A stretch of DNA of 32,000 nucleotides, from NCBI RefSeq assembly GCF_000018105.1, contig NC_009925.1, positions 2,010,001 through 2,042,000 of the forward strand. Direction: 5' to 3'. The translations under genes were made by a program, and so were the position numbers. Shown piece by piece: positions 8,817-16,509 of the stretch (its first letter is position 1; each line of letters begins with the position of its first letter). Source of the DNA: Acaryochloris marina MBIC11017 (GTDB taxonomy: Bacteria; Cyanobacteriota; Cyanobacteriia; Thermosynechococcales; Thermosynechococcaceae). Under the pieces are notes generated by a model. It made no database searches. It was given only the letters and a program-made list of their open reading frames with translations, and had not been told where the DNA came from.

Positions 8817-10094
8817 TTATGCGTTGTTGCTTCGGTACACTTCTTCAATGACTGGAACAAGTCGCTGCATGGCGATGGTGATTTCTTCGTCAGTGGCTGT
8901 TAAGCTAATGCGCAAACATTGATGTTTGTGGGGCCAGTCTTGGGATAAACCGGGAAAGAAGGAGTGGCCTGGGACAACGATAACCCCGACTCGTTTGAGC
9001 TGTTGATAGAGTTGCCAGTCTGAGATGGGCAATTCCTTAAGCCATAGCCAGGCAAAAATTGCACCTTCACCCAAATGTAAAAACCAGGGCAGAGTGGAGG
9101 GCATATGTTGGTCGAGGGTGGATTGAAGGAGAGCGAGCTTGGCCTGATAGTAAGGTCGGATCACCTGAACTGATATTTCTGCCAAGGCACCAGATTGGAT
9201 GGCTTGGGCTGCGATCGCTTGTCCGTATCGCCCAGAATGAATACAGACATTGGTTTGGAAGGCCTCTAGGATTTGAATGATACGTTCATCGCCAATGGCA
9301 ATACCAACCCGTTCTCCAGGCAAGCCAGCTTTAGACAAGCTCATGCAATGGACGATGTTATTCCCTAAGATGGGCGCGATGTCGGTGTAATTTAGGCTGG
9401 GATAGGGTGGCCCATAGGCGGAATCAATCAGGACTGGAATATTAAAGGGAGCCGCCAAATCGGCAATCTGTTTGACTTCGGCCTTACTGAGGACGTTCCC
9501 CGTGGGATTGCAGGGGCGCGAAAAAATAATGCAGCCTGTAGTTTCATCGAAGTGCAGCTGTTCAAAGTCTGGTCTGTATTTGAACCGATGGGCCGTTTCG
9601 TCAATCTCTAAAGTAGGTTGATAGGCTTTTAAGGCTTCTGGGGTTAGGCAAATGCCACCATATCCGGTATAGTCCGGCGAGAGGGGCAAGACAATCTTTT
9701 TAAGCCGCCCCGTTTCAGTTGCCCCGCCAAAGGCATTTGCGGCCAGGAAATAGAGGGCTTGGCTGCCTGGTGTAATCAGAATTTGGCGATCCGTTAGGTT
9801 TAGGCCATAGCGCTGATTAAAATCTTTTTGAATGGCATCGACAAGGGGCTGATAGCCCTGGCTGGTGCCGTAGCGGCAAACCACTTCACCGTAATCAGGA
9901 CTTGCTAACAGTTGGGTGGTGCAGTCCCGCCATAGCTGTTCGACCTCAGGTAGGATAACCGGGTTGCCTGCACTGAGATTGATAAAAGATTCATCGGGAT
10001 TGGCTCTCAAGGTTTCGATAATGTCCTTCATGATGGCGCGAACACCGGTCAATGCAGACATCTGATTGCCAATTTGCGAAAGCGTTGGAGGCAT
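8817..10094 (-). CDS. avtA: Valine-pyruvate (alanine-valine) aminotransferase, class I PLP enzyme.
   Basis: The PLP-lysine motif is CMSLSKAGLPGERVG. The C-terminal GAIFAWLWLKELPISDWQLYQQLKRVGVIVVPGHSFFPGLSQDWPHKHQCLRIS is close to E. coli AvtA as I remember it. Confidence 0.8.
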   Translation of the reverse strand: MPPTLSQIGNQMSALTGVRAIMKDIIETLRANPDESFINLSAGNPVILPEVEQLWRDCTTQLLASPDYGEVVCRYGTSQGYQPLVDAIQKDFNQRYGLNLTDRQILITPGSQALYFLAANAFGGATETGRLKKIVLPLSPDYTGYGGICLTPEALKAYQPTLEIDETAHRFKYRPDFEQLHFDETTGCIIFSRPCNPTGNVLSKAEVKQIADLAAPFNIPVLIDSAYGPPYPSLNYTDIAPILGNNIVHCMSLSKAGLPGERVGIAIGDERIIQILEAFQTNVCIHSGRYGQAIAAQAIQSGALAEISVQVIRPYYQAKLALLQSTLDQHMPSTLPWFLHLGEGAIFAWLWLKELPISDWQLYQQLKRVGVIVVPGHSFFPGLSQDWPHKHQCLRISLTATDEEITIAMQRLVPVIEEVYRSNNA

Positions 10095-10227
10095 TGATTA
10101 TGAGCCAATCAAGAGTTTATCGTTTTGCACTTGGGACCTTGCCCAACCAGGTAGGGCAGATCCCAATATCTTAGGGGGTGTGGGCTGAACTCGCAATCCC
10201 TTGAGGCTAGTCCTCAGCCATCAAGTT

Positions 10228-10992
10228 TCACGAATCAAATAATAGATCTAGCAATCTCTGGAAGTTTTCTGTGGTGGGTTGATGTTTATAGTGTCGCAGT
10301 CGCTCAATACAGTGTTGTTGATCAGGATGAAACCAATGGGGAACGAGTAAAGATGCAATGGTGGTGCCCCAAAATAAACCCTGAGTCAGACTCGTTACAT
10401 TCGCCGGTCGCCGCGTTGTACTGGCACTGCTGAAATCTAGTAAGACAGGGCCTTGAGTGGTCACAATACTATGGGCCGTTACACACCGAAGGTTGCCATG
10501 ATCGAGACCTGCTTGATCGAGCTGAAAGGCTTGCCAAAGCAGTTGATTTAACTGAGCTTTTAGGGTTGTGCGAGTCAATGTAGGAGTCGATTGCAGCCAA
10601 GCCAACAATGGTTGCCCCACTACATAGTCCATCAGGAGAAAATTGGGGCTGTTGCCTAGGAGTTGAGGGCCAACTTGGTGAGTATTGGCAAGGGTCAACA
10701 TCGAGGCTTCTTGGGCAAATGATGGGCGAGAGGCATCTATGCGTCGCCCCTTCAAGGCGACCTGCTGCCCTTGGTGCTGGGCTAATAGAACTAACCCGCA
10801 ATAGCCTAACCCCAAACAATGCCAGCCCTGAATCTGCTTGGGACCCCAATCATAAATGGCAGTGATGCCTAGATCTGACAATTCGGAGATGCGATCGCAA
10901 CTCACTTGCTGATCAGGATAAGCCAGCAGCCTCTGTTGAGGGGATTGCAGAATTTCAGCTAAAGGAACAGCCGTTAATCCAGTTAAGTCCAC
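10228..10992 (-). CDS. Small stand-alone protein-kinase-fold protein (RIO/Bud32-like size) with a degenerate catalytic loop.
   Basis: GLGYCG (Gly-loop-like), VALK81, hinge LLMDYVVG, LDHGNL165-168 where kinases have HGDL/HRDL, and LLDFS186-188 (DFG-like). GTG start 18 nt after the GNAT stop. Confidence 0.45.
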   Translation of the reverse strand: MDLTGLTAVPLAEILQSPQQRLLAYPDQQVSCDRISELSDLGITAIYDWGPKQIQGWHCLGLGYCGLVLLAQHQGQQVALKGRRIDASRPSFAQEASMLTLANTHQVGPQLLGNSPNFLLMDYVVGQPLLAWLQSTPTLTRTTLKAQLNQLLWQAFQLDQAGLDHGNLRCVTAHSIVTTQGPVLLDFSSASTTRRPANVTSLTQGLFWGTTIASLLVPHWFHPDQQHCIERLRHYKHQPTTENFQRLLDLLFDS

Positions 10993-11010
10993 TTTGATGG
11001 TTCAAGAGCC

Positions 11011-11475
11011 CTAATTCGACGCCACCTTGAAAGTCATTAAATGATACCGGTCTCTAGCCAAGAATCCTGCTTGTGAGTAGAGTCGTTTTGCTCTGTTGTT
11101 GGCACGGGACACTTCTAAATGCAAAGCCGCAACATCCAAGCTGGCAGCCTGTCGAATTACAAATTCTAAGACTTGTTTACCAATGTCTTGCCCCCGTGCA
11201 CTTTCGACGAGAAACAGCTCATCAATAAATGCGTCTCGGCCACTTAGCTCAATGCTATAGCCAAAACATAAGGCAACATACCCCACCACTTGTTGGGAGA
11301 TGAAAATCAACCACACTCGTCCGACTTGAGAATCAGGACTGAGCAAAGGTAATACAGCATCACACCGTTGCTGTTCCGATAGACCAATCTGTTCAAATTC
11401 ATGATAGGCACGCACTAACGGCAATAAAGCTGCGACGTGAGAGTCATTTGCAACTTGGAAGTGAGGACTATCCAT
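11011..11475 (-). CDS. GNAT-family N-acetyltransferase.
   Basis: The acetyl-CoA motif A region reads LFLVESARGQDIGKQVLEFVIRQA (Q/RxxGxG/A-like). The 154-aa size and the beta-strand pattern VGYVALCFGYS also fit the family. Confidence 0.8.
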   Translation of the reverse strand: MDSPHFQVANDSHVAALLPLVRAYHEFEQIGLSEQQRCDAVLPLLSPDSQVGRVWLIFISQQVVGYVALCFGYSIELSGRDAFIDELFLVESARGQDIGKQVLEFVIRQAASLDVAALHLEVSRANNRAKRLYSQAGFLARDRYHLMTFKVASN

Positions 11476-11520
11476 CTTTGGAGCTGAGGGCAGTATTCAT
11501 CTAGAAGGGGGAACCAAAAG

Positions 11521-12036
11521 TTAAGACGAATGGACTGTGCGTAAGGCTGCTCCTGCTCTGCCGTCATGAGAAGATTGCGGCGGAATATGAATCTTAAACT
11601 CATGGCGTAAATCGCAGAGGCGTTGATCCAAATAAGCAGCATAGTTTTCGGCAGGCCAACGACGCTTCATTCGAAATGCCCGAAGCACGGTCATCAAGAT
11701 CTGAGGAATACTCTTCAGCCAAGTCTTAAGCAAATGCCAATGTCCAATCTCTGCCAATACACTCCGGTGGTCTTGATGGCGGTTAACACGATGCATGGCC
11801 TGCAGCGATACCGTTGTTCCCAAAGCAGTCCAGACATGAGCCAAGATCTCGCCATCTAAATGAGTGGGACAACCAAACAAAACATGAATGGCATCATGCA
11901 TATCGATATCCGCTAGCAATTCCGGTGCAACTGTGTCTGAGGCATCATTTTCAATTACTTCAGCCTGGTGAAATTCATAAATCCCCTGTCGAAGCGTTTG
12001 GGTGGATTGGAGGTTGAGATATTGAAGCGTAGCCAT
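11521..12036 (-). CDS. Coq4-family-like protein carrying the HDxxH-x11-E metal-binding motif.
   Basis: HDAIHVLFGCPTHLDGE (11848-11898) matches the Coq4 signature HDxxHxLxGxPTxxxGE. I use the ATG at 12036, which has GAGG about 10 nt upstream. The ORF track extends to a TTG at 12078. Confidence 0.6.
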   Translation of the reverse strand: MATLQYLNLQSTQTLRQGIYEFHQAEVIENDASDTVAPELLADIDMHDAIHVLFGCPTHLDGEILAHVWTALGTTVSLQAMHRVNRHQDHRSVLAEIGHWHLLKTWLKSIPQILMTVLRAFRMKRRWPAENYAAYLDQRLCDLRHEFKIHIPPQSSHDGRAGAALRTVHSS

Positions 12037-12125
12037 ACAGGATACCTCGAAGAACTTGGCGGAATAGTTAAGTGCCAAAGGGAATCTTGACGTTGCTTCC
12101 AGCGTAGTGGATATTAAGGCTGTCT

Positions 12126-13499
12126 CTAGGCATGGGCAATCTTGGCTTCTGTAATCCCTTGTGATTCAAGGGTCACAGCCGCTTTAAAAATCGTGTTCTC
12201 GTCATAGGGGCGAGCGATCAGCTGGATGCCAACGGGCAGTTCTCCTGGTAGGAAGATGGGCACTGAGAGCACGGGTAAGCCAATAAAGGAGAGAGGTTGG
12301 GTGTAAAAGCCTAGATGGGGACGAATGGGCACCGTTTGTCCATCTAGCTCCATCGTCGTCTGATCAATTAATGGGGCTGGACAAGGCGTTGTGGGGGCAA
12401 TTATCAGATCGACGGTCTTGAAAATTTCGCGGACCTGATCGCGATACCAACGGCGAAAGCGCTGGGCTTGAAGGTACCAGCTATTCGGCATCATTGCTCC
12501 TGCCACAAATCGATCGCGGGTGGCTGGGTCAAAGTCCTGTAGACGCGTTTGTAAACGCTGTAAGTGGAGCTGACTACCTTCACTGGCGGTAATCAGATAA
12601 GCGGCAGCTCTAGATCGTGCCGATTCAGGTAAGGTCACGGTTTGGGTGACCTGTAATGCCGACGAGACTTTGTCTAGGGCCTGGGCTACGGTAGAGGTCA
12701 TGCCTCGGGCGAAATGATCAGTTGCTATCGCAACCCGTATTCCCGTCATATCCCCTGATTTATCAGGGGCAACAGGCGGACGGTCTGTACAAACGGGGTC
12801 GCGAGGGTCCGATCCTTGAAGCACCTCAAAAGCCAGGGCAATATCTTCCACAGAGCGGGCAAAGGGACCAATATGATCCAAACTGCTGGAAAACAGGTAG
12901 ACTCCCGCTCGCGACAGACGGCCATAGGTGGGCTTGAAACCATAAACGCCGCACAACGAGGCTGGCACCCGAATGGAACCATTGGTATCCGAGCCTAGGG
13001 TCAGGGGTACGAGGCCAACCGCCACTGCTGCCGCCGATCCACCCGAGGAGCCACCGGACATTCGAGTTGGATCATGGGGATTGGGGGTAACGCCATAGTG
13101 ATGATTGATGGTGACAAAGCCATAGGCATATTCATCCATATTCAGCGCTCCCACCAAAATTGCCCCTGCAGCTTTGAGGCGGGCTACCGCAGTTGCATCT
13201 TGAGTTGCAGGGGGCTGGCTTTGATTAATTTTGGATCCGGCTAAGGTTACGGTTCCAGCAATATCAAACAGGTTTTTAACCGCAAATGGGACTCCTGCTA
13301 AAGGACCTGTAGTTTCTCCCGCAGCCAGTTTGCGATCCAGGGTTTCGGCATTGGCTAAGGCAGAAGACTCTAGAAGTGTCGTAAAGCAGTTGTGATCCTC
13401 TCGACTAGAGATATGCGTCAATGCTGCTTCAACGATGGATGTGGCTGAACGCTCTCCAGTTTTAACCTGGTGAGTAATTTGAGCTGCCGTCAAACTCAT
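12126..13499 (-). CDS. Amidase-signature enzyme, AtzE/GatA-like.
   Basis: The Ser-cisSer-Lys triad context is visible: AVKNLFD (Lys), GGSSGGSAAAVA (cis-Ser) and GSDTNGSIRVPA (nucleophile Ser). The start overlaps the upstream small ORF in an ATGA junction. Confidence 0.85.
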   Translation of the reverse strand: MSLTAAQITHQVKTGERSATSIVEAALTHISSREDHNCFTTLLESSALANAETLDRKLAAGETTGPLAGVPFAVKNLFDIAGTVTLAGSKINQSQPPATQDATAVARLKAAGAILVGALNMDEYAYGFVTINHHYGVTPNPHDPTRMSGGSSGGSAAAVAVGLVPLTLGSDTNGSIRVPASLCGVYGFKPTYGRLSRAGVYLFSSSLDHIGPFARSVEDIALAFEVLQGSDPRDPVCTDRPPVAPDKSGDMTGIRVAIATDHFARGMTSTVAQALDKVSSALQVTQTVTLPESARSRAAAYLITASEGSQLHLQRLQTRLQDFDPATRDRFVAGAMMPNSWYLQAQRFRRWYRDQVREIFKTVDLIIAPTTPCPAPLIDQTTMELDGQTVPIRPHLGFYTQPLSFIGLPVLSVPIFLPGELPVGIQLIARPYDENTIFKAAVTLESQGITEAKIAHA

Positions 13500-13708
13500 G
13501 GTTCAAACTGAGGCGCAGCCTCTAAGGTATCCGGCAAAGGAAAGTCTAAAACGGGCTGAGCAATCCTGTGGATCTGCTCAAAGCTCTCGACCACGCCTGG
13601 GAGCTGCTCTGGGGGTATCGATAGTCCAAGTAGCTTAGCCATCTCAGTCACATACGCTGAGGTACAAGCATCCAAATCATTAGATGGTGAAGCTGAAGAC
13701 TTTGACAT
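13496..13708 (-). CDS. Small AtzG/DUF4089-like (GatC-like) partner protein of the amidase.
   Basis: A 70-aa product from the ATG at 13708 (the track starts at a TTG at 13729). YVTEMAKLLGLSIPPEQLPGVVESFEQIHRIAQPVLDFPLPDTLEAAPQFEP fits my recollection of the DUF4089 pattern (LGL.I..E..PGV...F......A..L.FPLPD..E.AP.F). The stop overlaps the amidase ATG. Confidence 0.5.
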   Translation of the reverse strand: MSKSSASPSNDLDACTSAYVTEMAKLLGLSIPPEQLPGVVESFEQIHRIAQPVLDFPLPDTLEAAPQFEP

Positions 13709-13867
13709 GCGGCAGGTATAAAGGGGCAACAGGTCTAGAATAGCGGACCCATCAGCGAATCAGAGCACCAGTTTCCTCGCTGTTGAAAAAAATAGCACCC
13801 CAGGGATGTTCTCAATTCCGCCCATAATATAAATAGTGCATAACGACTATCGCCCCCAAAGGAATCC

Positions 13868-15379
13868 ATGGCTAGAGACCTGAGAAAATTTATCCAACGC
13901 CTCGAAGAGCGAGGCCAACTCAAACGCATCCAAGCCTTGGTAGATCCCAAACTAGAAATTGCTGAAATTTCAGATCGGATGTTACAGCAGGGCGGGCCAG
14001 GACTGCTATTTGAAAACGTGAAAGGCTCGGACTATCCCGTGGCGGTGAATTTATTGGGCACCGTGGAGCGCACTTGCTGGGCGATGAATATGGAGTCCCA
14101 GTCCGAGCTGGAGGATCTGGGTAAGAAGCTAGCAATGCTGCAGCAGCCCAAGCCCCCCAAGAAACTGAACCAATTTATCGACTTTGGCAAAGTTCTGTTT
14201 GATGTAGTCAAGGCCAAACCCCAGCGAGATTTGCTGCCCCCATGCCATCAGGTAGTGCTCAAGGATGAGCAGGTGGATTTGAATAAAATCCCGATGATTC
14301 AGCCCTATATCGGGGATGGCGGCAAGGTGGTGACCTTTGGCTTGGTGATTACCAAAGACTGTGAAACGGGGACGCCCAATGTCGGGGTATATCGCCTGCA
14401 GTTGCAGTCGAAGAACACCATGACGGTGCAGTGGCTATCGGTGCGGGGCGGAGCACGGCATTTACGCAAGGCGGCAGAGCAAGGGAAAAAACTGGAAATT
14501 GCGATCGCAGTCGGTATTGACCCCCTGATTATTATGGCCGCAGCCACGCCGATCCCCGTCGATCTTTCAGAATGGCTGTTTGCCGGACTCTATGGCGGCA
14601 GTGGCGTTCACCTGGCCAAGTGCAAAACCGTCGATTTAGAAGTACCTGCCCAAAGTGAGTTTGTTCTAGAAGGTACGATTACCCCCGGTGAAACAGGCGT
14701 AGATGGTCCCTTTGGCGATCATATGGGCTACTACGGCGGCATCAATGAAGCCGCGCCGCTAATTCGGTTTCACTGCATGACCCATCGTAAAAATCCCATC
14801 TATCTCACTACCTTTAGCGGACGTCCCCCCAAAGAAGAAGCAATGATGGCCATTGCTCTCAATCGGATTTACACACCGATTTTGCGGCAGCAGGTCTCAG
14901 AAATTGTGGACTTCTTTTTACCCATGGAAGCCCTGAGCTATAAAGCAGCGGTTATTTCCATTGATAAAGCCTATCCAGGGCAGGCTCGTCGGGCAGCTTT
15001 AGCATTTTGGAGCGCCCTGCCCCAATTTACCTATACCAAGTTTGTAATTGTCGTCGATAAGGATGTGAATATCCGCGATCCGCGCCAGGTAGTATGGGCA
15101 GTTTCTTCTAAGGTCGATCCGGTCCGAGATGTGTTTATCTTGCCGGAAACCCCCTTTGATACCCTCGATTTTGCCAGCGCTAAGATTGGCCTAGGGGGTC
15201 GCATGGGCATTGATGCGACTACAAAGATTCCCCCGGAAACGGATCATCCTTGGGGAGAACCCCTGAAAGCAGATCCAGATGTGGCAGCGATGGTAGATCG
15301 ACGTTGGGCTGAATATGGTCTAGCAGATCTGAATCTAGGTGAGGTAGACCCGAATTTATTTGGTTATGAGATGCCCTAG
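13868..15379 (+). CDS. ubiD: UbiD-family 4-hydroxy-3-polyprenylbenzoate decarboxylase (plastoquinone pathway in cyanobacteria).
   Basis: The N-terminus MARDLRKFIQRLEERGQLKRIQALVDPKLEIAEISDRML..GGPGLLFENVKGS is the classical UbiD start. The 503-aa length also fits, and the GDHMGYY region is present. Confidence 0.9.
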   Translation: MARDLRKFIQRLEERGQLKRIQALVDPKLEIAEISDRMLQQGGPGLLFENVKGSDYPVAVNLLGTVERTCWAMNMESQSELEDLGKKLAMLQQPKPPKKLNQFIDFGKVLFDVVKAKPQRDLLPPCHQVVLKDEQVDLNKIPMIQPYIGDGGKVVTFGLVITKDCETGTPNVGVYRLQLQSKNTMTVQWLSVRGGARHLRKAAEQGKKLEIAIAVGIDPLIIMAAATPIPVDLSEWLFAGLYGGSGVHLAKCKTVDLEVPAQSEFVLEGTITPGETGVDGPFGDHMGYYGGINEAAPLIRFHCMTHRKNPIYLTTFSGRPPKEEAMMAIALNRIYTPILRQQVSEIVDFFLPMEALSYKAAVISIDKAYPGQARRAALAFWSALPQFTYTKFVIVVDKDVNIRDPRQVVWAVSSKVDPVRDVFILPETPFDTLDFASAKIGLGGRMGIDATTKIPPETDHPWGEPLKADPDVAAMVDRRWAEYGLADLNLGEVDPNLFGYEMP

Positions 15380-15630
15380 GTCTAGATTTTTAGCTAGCGC
15401 CATACTATTGCCCTGTTGGTCCGACTTGCCACAAAAACAGCAGGTTATCTCCAAATCTAGCCCAAGCCATTGATTAGCCTGAAACTGCTGCCAGTACAAT
15501 CATGAATTTGCAACCGTTGATCAAAACATCATACGAGCAGTGAAACATCTAGCGGGTTGCTCTCACACTATGCCGTAACTAGCGATCAGACGATTAAGTA
15601 TGCAGGAACTAATGTAGGCATCCCCATGTC

Positions 15631-16161
15631 CTAATTACAACCGTCGTGACTCCAATTCCTGACTCCAAACGGATAGGTGATATGGATCGACACGAAGAAC
15701 AGTGGGTCTGGACGACACACTTTTTTGACTGCGTTCTGAGCAAAGAATCCATAATTAATATCCGCGACAAATCGTGCATCGCTAAAGCCCACCATACTCA
15801 CATCCGAGCAGTTGTCCATGATGTTCTGGCTAATCTTGGACATAAATTGAGGCGAGCTAAATACGTTTCTTATCCCTGATGTTTTCTCTAGAATATATTG
15901 ATACTTCTGAGGCCGACCCGCAGGTGGGTCGTACATAAAGCCAACCTTGTCCCAATACCCTTTCTGCAGTTTGACTTGGGGAAGTTGATTGATTTGTTCT
16001 TCGCCTTGCAAGATTGCTTGACGGCATGAGGGATCCGTCGACGAAGACTCAGTCAGGGGCAAGAAACGCTGCAATCGCCATAGACCCACAGCGCCAAAAT
16101 AGACAAAAATCAGCCACCGAAGAATCGAAATACAGATAGATAATTTAGTTCTTTCCTGCAT
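15631..16161 (-). CDS. Hypothetical membrane-anchored protein with no recognisable domain.
   Basis: A 176-aa ORF with an N-terminal hydrophobic helix (ISILRWLIFVYFGAVGLW) and several Cys in the predicted extracytoplasmic part. It is divergent from the LRR gene. Confidence 0.5.
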   Translation of the reverse strand: MQERTKLSICISILRWLIFVYFGAVGLWRLQRFLPLTESSSTDPSCRQAILQGEEQINQLPQVKLQKGYWDKVGFMYDPPAGRPQKYQYILEKTSGIRNVFSSPQFMSKISQNIMDNCSDVSMVGFSDARFVADINYGFFAQNAVKKVCRPDPLFFVSIHITYPFGVRNWSHDGCN

Positions 16162-16509
16162 AAATCAGTCATCACAGGCTCAGCAGTTCTGAACCCACAA
16201 GACTTAGACATCTCACCCAGTAGATTTCCTACAACAGGTTATTTGTTCTAGATGTCTGAACTGGAGATAAAGTCGATCTTGTAGATTGATAGGTTCATTA
16301 TTCATCACACCTTTTGAGAACGGGGTGACCTCCATCATCTACAGCGAAAGTTTACTTGCCTAGCATGATTCCAGTGTTCGGATACAACGGAAACACTGGA
16401 CAACACGCCAAGATCGCTCCAGCTGTAGCTACTGATTTTCAAAGTCAACGATAGCCACTCGATCTTGATGCCAGCAGAGCACTGTCTTACTCGGAGGAGA
16501 TTGCAGACG

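Noticed and set aside
10130-10175. Imperfect hairpin (ttgggaccttgccc...gggcagatcccaa) between the kinase-fold gene and avtA, considered as a terminator.
   Set aside because: The stem has internal mismatches and no T-run follows on the minus strand. That is insufficient to call a terminator.
10469-10865. 126-aa minus-strand and 85-aa plus-strand ORFs inside the kinase-fold gene.
   Set aside because: They are alternative or antisense frames of the 254-aa ORF. Only the 254-aa frame shows ordered kinase-like motifs and sensible spacing to its neighbours.
11415-11642. 75-aa minus-strand ORF bridging the Coq4-like and GNAT genes.
   Set aside because: It is out of frame with both better-supported genes and would overlap each of them.
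13730-13867. Riboswitch (for example guanidine/ykkC-type) upstream of the amidase pair.
   Set aside because: The 138-nt leader lacks the conserved ykkC-type motifs I know and shows no convincing multi-stem structure by eye. It is more likely a plain divergent promoter region.
13735-13950. 71-aa minus-strand ORF spanning the ubiD start.
   Set aside because: It overlaps the ubiD N-terminus, which is strongly conserved, and the divergent promoter region. There is no RBS or motif.
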